Shown one piece after another: positions 45,953 through 53,765 of a stretch of 64,000 nt of DNA. The DNA comes from Acidimicrobiia bacterium. Its GTDB lineage: Bacteria > Acidobacteriota > Vicinamibacteria > Vicinamibacterales > UBA2999. The notes under the pieces were generated by a model. That model had not been told where the DNA came from and did no database searches. It saw only the letters and a program-made list of their open reading frames with translations. Location of the stretch: the NCBI GenBank assembly GCA_038144855.1, contig JAYQOO010000001.1:74931-138930 (forward strand), in the 5' to 3' direction. The first letter of the stretch is position 1; every line of letters starts with the position of its first letter. Both the position numbers and the translations under genes were made by a program.

Positions 45953-47484
45953 CGATAACCGTCGACGAACTTGCTGACCGCGTCGCGAAGTCCGAGACTG
46001 CCCTGATGGATCGATTGAAGACCATCAAGCCGATTATGGAGGTCTACGTCCAGCACACCGACCCTCACCCGACGTCGGGTACGGTGCCGAGCCGGGACGA
46101 GTACTTCCTCGGTCAGTTCGAATGGACAGATCGCACGGGTCCGTCCATGAAGCGACTCACGCCTCAAAAGGCCACCAGCCAGAAAATGACTGAGTGGCTA
46201 TCCGGCCGAAGCGTTTGCCGCGATGCCGGTGCCTGACTGGCGCGTGATGAACGCGTCCAATCACCAGTTCACCCTCGTCAGACGCGAATTCCTCGGCGAA
46301 GTCCGCTGCATAGTCCTCGACGTAGCACCAAAGGATCCCCAGAAGGGCTTCACCGGGCGCATCTGGATCGAGGACAAGGACTTCGTGATTGTCCGGTTCA
46401 ACGGCGTCACGAGAGGCATCCGAATTCAGGCAAGAAAGACACCTTTAACGTCGACAGCTGGCGCGTCAATGTGTCGCCAGGGATGTGGCTGCCGTCCTAT
46501 CTCTATGCCGAACAACAGATCGTCGAAGAGATGCGGACGATCCGGCTGAAGGGCCAGGTCCGCTTCTGGGGCTACGACCTGAAGAACCCGAAGCGCTCGC
46601 AGGAGTTCACCACCATCCAGATCGGCGACGGCGCGCTGGACGCGGCAGGTAGCCCGCAGCAGCTATCCCCCACAGAGAGTCATCGCGTGTGGGAAAAGCA
46701 GGCCGAAGAAAATGTCCTGGACCGTCTGACGAAAGCCGGCCTGCTGGCGCCGCCAGGCGAAGTCGACAAGATTCTCGAAACCGTGATCCGCAACCTGCGG
46801 ATCACCAACAACCTACCAGTGGATCCGCCGATTCGCGCACGTGTCTTGCTGACGTCGCCGCTCGAGTCGTTCACGGTCGGCCGCACGATCGTGCTGAGCC
46901 GAGGGTAGATCGACGTCTTGCCGGACGAGGCCACGCTCGCCATGATGCTGGCACACGAACTGGCGCACATCACCCTCGGCCAGCGCGTGATCAATTCGCA
47001 CTTCGCATTCGCCGACAAGCTCATGGTCCCGGACGACGAGCTGCTTGGCACGGTGAGAGTGGCCGTCAATCCAAGCGAAGAGATTGTCGCCGATCCAAAG
47101 ATCATCGAGTTCATGAAGAACTCGCCCTACAAGGACAAGCTTCGCGACGCCGGCCTGTTCGTGCGCGTGGTCAGCGAGAACAGCTTGAAGCTGAAGAACC
47201 TCGTTCAGGCCCACGTCGGTCAGTACATCGGCCGCGAGAGCTTGCTGAAGCGTATCAACGAGGAGTTCGGTAACAACGCCACCGGTGACGCAGGCGCAGC
47301 CGAGCAGGTCACTGCGCTGCAGCTGGGCGGTCGCATCATGCTGAACCCCTGGAGCAGCGAAGTCGAACTCCTGCGCGCGGCCGCTGTTGCGCCGACGACC
47401 GACCGCGAGAAGAACACACTCGCCGTCTCGCCATTGATTCCCTACTTGCGTTATGCAGACGCGAAAGGCCAGACTCAGGACTGA
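45953..47484 (+). pseudogene. Acidobacterial M48-like metalloprotease, N-truncated, with two frameshifts (~46215, ~46425) and an in-frame TAG (46906-46908)
   Basis: Pieces join into RREFLGEVRCIVLDV...GRIWIED...FNVDSWRVNV.PGMWLPSY...IVLSRG*IDVLPDEATLAMMLAHELAH (HEXXH). Confidence 0.75.
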
Positions 47485-47987
47485 TGTCGAGCGCTCCGCC
47501 GCACAAGATCTATGACGAGCTGATTTCAGCAGTCGGCTCCGCCTGCCAGGCGCACTACGGCAACAGACTGATCAGCGTGGCGGTGTTCGGGTCGGTCGGC
47601 CGCGGTGCCCCGTCTCGGGACTCCGACATTGATCTGTTGATTGTCGCCGATCCGCTCCCGCTAGGCCGCGTGGCACGATCGGATGAGTTTGCTGAAGTCG
47701 AGAAGACCGTTGAGCCTCTGCTCGCAGGCGCTCGCGAGGTTGGTCTGAGCCCAGAGCTGTCAGCCGTCTTCAAGACGCCGGCGGAAGTCTCGGCTGGCAG
47801 CCCGCTGTTTCTCGACATGCTGGAGGACGCCAGGATCGTGCTCGATCGCGACGGCTTTCTGCGCGAGGCGTTCGATGCCTTTGCCGCCCGCCTCGCTCGC
47901 CTGGGTGCTCGCCGCATCTGGCGCGGCAACAATTGGTTCTGGGACCTGAAGCCCGACTACAAACCAGGTGAGGTCTTCGAGCTGTGA
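47484..47987 (+). CDS. Minimal nucleotidyltransferase (MNT) antitoxin-like protein
   Basis: VAVFGSVGRGAPSRDSDIDLLIV (GS-x10-DxD); overlaps the HEPN start by 4 nt. Confidence 0.88.
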   Translation: MSSAPPHKIYDELISAVGSACQAHYGNRLISVAVFGSVGRGAPSRDSDIDLLIVADPLPLGRVARSDEFAEVEKTVEPLLAGAREVGLSPELSAVFKTPAEVSAGSPLFLDMLEDARIVLDRDGFLREAFDAFAARLARLGARRIWRGNNWFWDLKPDYKPGEVFEL

Positions 47988-48412
47988 CGAATCGGGCCCT
48001 GGCGACGAGCTATCTAGTCAAGGCGCGGAAACGCCTGCTGGTGCTGGAACTCTTGCTACGCGAGGACGCCTATTCAGACGTGGTGCGCGAAGCGCAGGAG
48101 TTGGTCGAGCCCGCCCTCAAGGGACTGTTGCGCCATGCGGCCATCGAGCCCCCGAAGTGGGACGACGTAGGCGGTGCCGTTCGTTAGTTCCATGCGCGGT
48201 TTCCGTCAATAACCCTCAGCGAACTCGAACAGATCGTCGCGGCGTCGGCGTGGCTCCGCAAAGAACGCGAAGCGGCGCTGTATGGCGATATTGACTTCAT
48301 CCCTACAGAACAATACGGTATACCGGACGCGCAACGCGCCATTGCTGACACGAAGTTGGTGCTGGACGTCGTGACGCGTGCCATTGCACAGAGCGGCGAT
48401 ACCCAGTCATGA
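47984..48412 (+). pseudogene. HEPN-domain protein with an in-frame TAG at 48185-48187
   Basis: YSDVVREAQELVEPALKG...PPKWDDVG...*...WLRKEREAALYGDIDFIPTEQY; the frame stays open after the TAG until TGA 48410-48412. Confidence 0.8.
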
Positions 48413-48420
48413 CATCCGCG

Positions 48421-48774
48421 TCACGCATTTTCGTTGCCGGCCAGCAGGTCGTCCACCGACACCTGCTCGAAATCGTAGGCCAGTACCGCTTCGGCGGATG
48501 TAAAAAGCAACTTCCCTAGTTCACTGTGCGACGGATGATCCAGGTACGCACGTAGGTCGGCTTCGGAATCGAAGTCGAGAATGGCCGAGTACTCAAAGTG
48601 CTCGGCCATTGCTGTTTCATAGCCAGGCCGGTGCAGAAGAACGCGACGTCCGACGCGCGCCTGCCTGATCTGCGGTATGCCATCGATGGCGTGCTTCAAC
48701 GCGTCGATGAGCGCAGCCTGCTCGCTGACCGGCAACGTAGGCCTGGGCCGAAACAAGACGACGTGGGAAATCAC
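48421..48774 (-). CDS. Dabb (stress-responsive A/B barrel) family protein
   Basis: MISHVVLFRP...IPQI...FDSEADLRAYLDHPSH. Confidence 0.85.
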   Translation of the reverse strand: MISHVVLFRPRPTLPVSEQAALIDALKHAIDGIPQIRQARVGRRVLLHRPGYETAMAEHFEYSAILDFDSEADLRAYLDHPSHSELGKLLFTSAEAVLAYDFEQVSVDDLLAGNENA

Positions 48775-49673
48775 TCGTCACCCTTCTTCTTGCCCTTTGC
48801 CTCCCACCGTGAGCGAATGTTCTTCTTGAAGCGCGTCCACTTCGCCTTCTTCGCGTCCTTGTACTTTTGACGCGGATCCTTGTGCTCACCGCCGGGACGC
48901 CAGTTCTTGTCGCGCTTCGCCTCGATGCCCAATGCCTTCTTGTATTCCTCCTTGGGCACCCACTTCCTTTTTGGCGGAGCGTCGCTGGACCCGCCCTTGG
49001 GCTTCCATTCGAGCTTCCCCTGGGTGTTTGACGCTCGATCGCCGGCCGCTGACGAGCGCTTCGGCCGCCACTCGGCGTTGCGCCCACGATCGTTCGAGCT
49101 CTTCGGCTTCCATGCCGGCTTAGCCCCGCGATCGAACGAGCCTTTCGGCTTCCACGCGGGCTTGCCGTCGCGCTCGCCTGATGCCTTTGGCTTCCACTCA
49201 GGCTTTCGCTCTCGATCAAAGGAGCGCGGCCGCTCGGCCCGGTCGGCACGTTTCGGGGCCGGCACGAATTCGCCCTTGGGTTTCCATTCCAGCTTGTCGT
49301 TGGCATCTCGAGCCGGCGGCGGAGTGGACGGTTCGCCGCGCGGGGTCCAAGCCGAACGCTTCGCGCCGTCGGCGCGATCACGAAACGGCTTGCGCTCCCG
49401 GTCACCGAACGGCTTTCGATCGCGGTCGCGGAAGCCGCCCCCGCTCTGCCGAGAGTCGCCGCGCCGTCCCATCTCGCCGCGCATGTGCATCGCGTCCTGC
49501 GCCTCGTGCCGGGAACTCCACAACTTGCCGTTTTGCCACCACATCATCTTGGCGGTCGCGTTCTTGGCTTGCAGCCGCTTCAGGGTCGGCATCAGGTCCT
49601 CCTGCGCGGACGCCCTGAACGCGGTCGGCTGATCGTCGACGATGATGGTCCAATACGCGTAGCGCGGAGGCAT
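48771..49673 (-). CDS. Hypothetical basic low-complexity protein with WKPK repeats
   Basis: Open frame with coding-like codon usage; nine W-x-P-[KRG] motifs. Confidence 0.75.
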   Translation of the reverse strand: MPPRYAYWTIIVDDQPTAFRASAQEDLMPTLKRLQAKNATAKMMWWQNGKLWSSRHEAQDAMHMRGEMGRRGDSRQSGGGFRDRDRKPFGDRERKPFRDRADGAKRSAWTPRGEPSTPPPARDANDKLEWKPKGEFVPAPKRADRAERPRSFDRERKPEWKPKASGERDGKPAWKPKGSFDRGAKPAWKPKSSNDRGRNAEWRPKRSSAAGDRASNTQGKLEWKPKGGSSDAPPKRKWVPKEEYKKALGIEAKRDKNWRPGGEHKDPRQKYKDAKKAKWTRFKKNIRSRWEAKGKKKGDE

Positions 49674-49693
49674 AAGGAACTATCCTAGCTTGA

Positions 49694-50374
49694 ATGGAGT
49701 TGGTCGGAGCGCCCGTCGCCGAGCTGAGGTCGCTGTTGTCGGCATCGTTCGAAGATTGGTCGAACTCGAGCGACAAGCGCCAATCATGTGGATTGTTGGG
49801 TGGTGCTACCGCGCTGATCTTCCTCGGGGCCCTTCGCCAGGCGCAAGTTGACTGGCGCCAGATTACGCTGTTCTGGGTCGACGAACGAGCGGTCTCACCT
49901 GAAGATCCAGAATCCAATTTCGGCGTCGCGGAACGCATGCTGCTCCAGCCCCTTGGCGCCAAGGCGCCGACCGCGATCCGGATGGCGACCGACAAGATGC
50001 CCCTCGGCCAGGCCGCGCTCTGGTACGACGATGCGCTTGCGACGTACCTGCACAATGGACCGCTTGATCTTGCGTTGCTCGGTGTTGGAGAAGACGGGCA
50101 CATCTGTTCGCTGTTCCCGGGCCACCGGGCGTTGATGTACGACGACTTGAGGGTCGTGGCGATTGAAGACGCGCCCAAGCCGGAGGCGAGGCGCCTGTCG
50201 TTGTCTTTGAGGTTCGTGACGCAGACCAAGAAGATCTGGTTGATCGCGCTCGGCCCGCGCAAGCTGCCCGTCCTGCAGGCGGCGATCAAGAAGACCAGCA
50301 ACGCCACGCCGCTGGATCTTCTCCTCCGTCAAGCGAAGGACGTCACCGTGTTTACGGATCAGGCCATCAGGTAG
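49694..50374 (+). CDS. pgl: 6-phosphogluconolactonase
   Basis: FWVDERAV...ESNF, DLALLGVGEDGHICSLFPG, RLSLSL. Confidence 0.88.
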   Translation: MELVGAPVAELRSLLSASFEDWSNSSDKRQSCGLLGGATALIFLGALRQAQVDWRQITLFWVDERAVSPEDPESNFGVAERMLLQPLGAKAPTAIRMATDKMPLGQAALWYDDALATYLHNGPLDLALLGVGEDGHICSLFPGHRALMYDDLRVVAIEDAPKPEARRLSLSLRFVTQTKKIWLIALGPRKLPVLQAAIKKTSNATPLDLLLRQAKDVTVFTDQAIR

Positions 50375-51803
50375 CCAGGCGTTTCAGCTTCTCCACCAGG
50401 GTCGTTCGCTTGAGGCCCAGCAGCCGCGCGGCGGCACCCTTGTTTTGTTCGGTGCGCGCCAGCGCGCGCTCGATCATGTCCCTTTCGATCTGCGCGACCA
50501 GCCCGGGAAGGTCAAGCCCATCGGGCGGCAGGTCGAGGGTCGGCTTGACGCTTGCCGCCCCGGTGGCCTGGACGTCGGCCGGAAGATCGGCGACTTCGAT
50601 CTGCGTGCGGCTGCCGATCATCGCCAGAGCGCGCTCCATCGCGTTTTCGAGTTGCCGCACGTTGCCGGGCCACGCAAACGCCATCAAGTGCCGCATCGCG
50701 TCCTGGGCCACGGTCACCGCAACCACGTCCTTGTCGAGCCCGGACTCCTTGTCAATCCGGCGGTACTTCTTGATGAACGAATTCACCAGCAGCGGAATGT
50801 CTTCGACACGCTCTCTGAGCGGTGCGAGCTGAACCGGGATCACGTTCAATCGGTAGTAAAGATCCTCCCTGAACGTTCCGTCCTTCACCATTTTCCAGAG
50901 ATCAGCGTTCGTCGCGGCCACCACGCGCACGTCGACCTTGATGGTGTGCGTATCACCAAGGCGCTCGAACTCGCGTTCCTGCAGGACGCGCAGCATCTTC
51001 ATCTGCAAGGCCATCGGCATCGTTCCGACTTCGTCAAGGAACAGCGTGCCGCCATCCGCCTGCTCAAGCCGTCCCTGGCGCATGGCCACTGCGCCGGTGA
51101 AGGCGCCACGCGCGTGGCCGAAGAGTTCAGCATCGAGCAGCGTTTCGGGAATGGCGCTGACGTTGATGGCCACGAACCGGCCGCGATGGCGGGGGCTGGT
51201 CTGGTGGATCGCGCGGGCCACCATTTCCTTGCCGGTGCCGGTCTCCCCGGTGATCAGGATCGTGGCCGGTGCCGGGGCCACGGTTTCAATCAACTGGAAC
51301 AACGCGCGCATCGGCGCGCTCTTGCCAACCATCGACCCGAGACCGAACCGCTCGTCAAGCTGTTGATGCAGATATGCGTTCTCACTCTGCAGGCGCCGCT
51401 GTTCCAGTGCCTTGGTGAGCACGTGCATCAACTCATCGAATTGGAAGGGCTTGGCGATGAAGTCAGCGGCGCCAAGTTTCATCATGCCGACGGCATCCTT
51501 CACCGTGCCGTAGCCGGTCACGACGATTGCGACAATGCCGGGATAGCGTTCGAGTGCCGCCTCGATGACGCCTCGGCCCTCTTCGGCCAGGGCGACCGAC
51601 TCGCCTGAGGATTCACTCTGTGCGCCGGTGACGCGGGGAAGACGCAGGTCGGAAATGATGACATCGAAGGCAAAGCCGTCGAGTGCCTTGCGAGCTGACT
51701 CGGCATCTGCCGCCTGCGTGACGTTGAAGCCGGCGTCGACGAGGCGCTCCGCCACGACGCTACGGAGCGCTTCTTCATCGTCGACAAGGAGAATGTGGGT
51801 CAC
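50367..51803 (-). CDS. Sigma54-dependent two-component activator (REC + AAA+ + HTH)
   Basis: ILLVDDE...IISDLRLP; ITGETGTGKE, ELFGHARGAFTGA, LFLDEV, FREDLYYRLNV, WPGNVRQLEN, AARLLGLKRTTL. Start taken at GTG 51803. Confidence 0.95.
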   Translation of the reverse strand: MTHILLVDDEEALRSVVAERLVDAGFNVTQAADAESARKALDGFAFDVIISDLRLPRVTGAQSESSGESVALAEEGRGVIEAALERYPGIVAIVVTGYGTVKDAVGMMKLGAADFIAKPFQFDELMHVLTKALEQRRLQSENAYLHQQLDERFGLGSMVGKSAPMRALFQLIETVAPAPATILITGETGTGKEMVARAIHQTSPRHRGRFVAINVSAIPETLLDAELFGHARGAFTGAVAMRQGRLEQADGGTLFLDEVGTMPMALQMKMLRVLQEREFERLGDTHTIKVDVRVVAATNADLWKMVKDGTFREDLYYRLNVIPVQLAPLRERVEDIPLLVNSFIKKYRRIDKESGLDKDVVAVTVAQDAMRHLMAFAWPGNVRQLENAMERALAMIGSRTQIEVADLPADVQATGAASVKPTLDLPPDGLDLPGLVAQIERDMIERALARTEQNKGAAARLLGLKRTTLVEKLKRLAT

Positions 51804-51845
51804 GTTATTTGGCTCAATCTGTGAAAACAGGCCAATATCTGCGAA

Positions 51846-51861
51846 TGTCAAAGTATTGACA
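51846..51861. promoter_or_regulatory. Dyad TGTCAA-AGTA-TTGACA overlapping a likely sigma70 promoter of the activator gene
   Basis: Perfect 6-bp inverted repeat; minus strand has TTGACA (51880-51875)-17-AATACT (51857-51852). Confidence 0.65.
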
Positions 51862-51940
51862 GTGTGCTCACGGCTGTCAAGACCTGCATGGCTAATCCCA
51901 AAAAGGCAGGCACCGATACAACCTCTGGAGGCAAACCCCA

Positions 51941-52132
51941 GTGGAACGGCAAACAGTCAGCATCATGAAGGCGTGCGAAATGGTCGGCGTGAGCCGCCGC
52001 ACGATCTACAACTGGATCGCAGCGAACAAAGTCGAGTATCTGCGTACCGCAGGCGGCAGCATACGCATTTTCGTGGACACGCTGTGGCGCGAGCCGGACG
52101 GCACCAAGCACCCGAATCATCCTGCTGCCTAG
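51941..52132 (+). CDS. Small excisionase/MerR-like HTH DNA-binding protein
   Basis: SIMKACEMVGVSRRTIYNWIAANKVEYLRTAGGSIRI; GGAGG SD. Confidence 0.85.
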   Translation: MERQTVSIMKACEMVGVSRRTIYNWIAANKVEYLRTAGGSIRIFVDTLWREPDGTKHPNHPAA

Positions 52133-52164
52133 TTGCGAGCGGCTCGTAGTTCGTAGTTAGCCGG

Positions 52165-52356
52165 ATGCACACCAACTCGAAAGAGCTGCTGCACAAGCTC
52201 AATAATCAACTCGGCGTGATACTTGCACACGCCGAGTTGCTCGAGACCAAGGCGCAGGACGCGTCGCAGAAGTCGCGCGCGTCCCTGGTCGTCAACGCCG
52301 CACTGCAGGCGATGGCCGTGTCGCGCGAACTGCGCGAAACTGTCGGCGAGAAGTAG
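52165..52356 (+). CDS. Stand-alone HisKA/DHp-like protein (63 aa)
   Basis: ELLHKLNNQLGVILAHAELL, an H-box pattern with no ATPase domain. Confidence 0.75.
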   Translation: MHTNSKELLHKLNNQLGVILAHAELLETKAQDASQKSRASLVVNAALQAMAVSRELRETVGEK

Positions 52357-52479
52357 CTAGGCCCTCAGGCCTGCGGCCGACGGTCCTCGCGGCCACTGCT
52401 TTCCCATCCCACCTCAAATTTCTGGCGGATTCTCGGTCTGATCACCGATCTGTGAGTGTCTGTTCAAGAACGGAATATA

Positions 52480-52673
52480 CGTCAAAAAAATGGCAACACT
52501 CCCGAAAAAAGCGTCAAAACATTGTTAGTAAAAACTTGATCCTGAGACGCCGTTGCCCACGTGCTTGGATGCGCAGCAGCGTATAAACACAGCTAAATCA
52601 AGCGCTTACATCGACAAGATTGCTTCGCTGCACACTCTTGACCACGGTTATACGGCCTTGGCACTCTGGTTGC
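52480..52673 (+). promoter_or_regulatory. Sigma54 promoter with two enhancer-like sites and an IHF site
   Basis: CGTCAAAAAAATGGCA 52480-52495, CGTCAAAACATTGTTA 52512-52527, IHF-consensus AATCAAGCGCTTA 52596-52608, TGGCAC-TCTGG-TTGC 52659-52673. Confidence 0.8.
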
Positions 52674-52688
52674 GTTAGGGCAGGCAAC

Positions 52689-53765
52689 ATGAAAACCGAA
52701 ACTGTCCTGAAGGCCGACGCGAGCCCCGCTAGCCGCGTGGAAACCGGTCTACCGTTCGTGGAGGCGCTCGCCCGCCGCATGGCCGCGACCATGCCGCATT
52801 CGATCGACCTGAGCGACCTGGTGCAGGACGGTGTCATCGGCTTGATCGACGCCGCGCATCGTTTTGACGATTCGAGGGGGATCAAGTTCGAGACCTTCGC
52901 CGAGCGGCGGATTCGTGGCGCCATGATCGACGCGCTGCGCAAGGATGCGTGGCCACGCGGCGTGCGACGCGTTCGGCGCGAGCTTGAGGCCGCGCGCGAG
53001 AAGCTGCGCGCGACCCTCGGGCACGAGCCCTCGCTGGCAGACCTCGCTGAAGCCATTGGCTCTGATGAGAAGCGGCTGGGCAAGACGATCGTGCGCATCA
53101 ACACGATCGAATCGACGTCGCCGTTCTCGAGCGCCGAAAGCGTTGATGAATCACAGTTGCCGGCCGTGCTGGTGCCGGCGGAGCCGGAGCGTCCCGACAC
53201 GCAGTACGAGCGCGACGAGGTCAAGAACCGCGTGCGCAACGCGATTGCGACGTTGCCGGTGCGCGAGCAGAAGGTGATCGCGCTCTACTACTACCGCGAA
53301 GTCACGATGAAAGACATCGGCGCCGAGCTTGGCGTCAACGAATCACGCGTTTCGCAGTTGCATGCGCGCGCAATTCGCCGCCTGCGCGAGGCGCTCGGCG
53401 CAGACGTCACGCCGATGGCGGCGTCGGAGGCGTTGCGTGACGCGATCGCGATGATGGAGGCCAAGCCGCGCATGGCCAAGGCATCCATTCCAATGCCCGA
53501 GTCCGATACGCGCGTCTCACTCGCCGCGCAGAAGCGAGCGGGTCTCGTGCTGGTAAAGGCGGGAAGCCGCGAGACCAACGCCGAACAGGATCAGGTGAGC
53601 GTGTCCCTAGCCGCACGCAGCAAGTCTCCCAACCTGAAAGGCTTGGAGAGCCAGCGGCAGCCCGTCTCTTCGAGGAAGCGTTCGGCGTCCGTGCCGGCGA
53701 CATCGCCGGTGACGAATATGACGCGTCGCGCCAGGGCGGGCGTCGCGGCCGCCATCGCGCGGTAG
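52689..53765 (+). CDS. FliA/WhiG (sigma28)-family RNA polymerase sigma factor
   Basis: DLSDLVQDGVIGLIDAA.RFD..RGIKFETFAERRIRGAMIDALR, MKDIGAELGVNESRVSQLH. Start ATG 52689 or GTG 52737; the 3' end overlaps the convergent kinase. Confidence 0.9.
   Translation: MKTETVLKADASPASRVETGLPFVEALARRMAATMPHSIDLSDLVQDGVIGLIDAAHRFDDSRGIKFETFAERRIRGAMIDALRKDAWPRGVRRVRRELEAAREKLRATLGHEPSLADLAEAIGSDEKRLGKTIVRINTIESTSPFSSAESVDESQLPAVLVPAEPERPDTQYERDEVKNRVRNAIATLPVREQKVIALYYYREVTMKDIGAELGVNESRVSQLHARAIRRLREALGADVTPMAASEALRDAIAMMEAKPRMAKASIPMPESDTRVSLAAQKRAGLVLVKAGSRETNAEQDQVSVSLAARSKSPNLKGLESQRQPVSSRKRSASVPATSPVTNMTRRARAGVAAAIAR

Noticed and set aside
46906-48187. Amber recoding (pyrrolysine or TAG reassignment) to explain two in-frame TAGs
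   Set aside because: TAG is the normal stop of many core genes here (glmU, glmS, dnaA, parB, atpH, atpD), and the affected locus also has frameshifts; decay is simpler.
51941-52132. Prophage or integrative element suggested by the excisionase-like gene
   Set aside because: No integrase, att repeat, tRNA target or phage gene in the vicinity.
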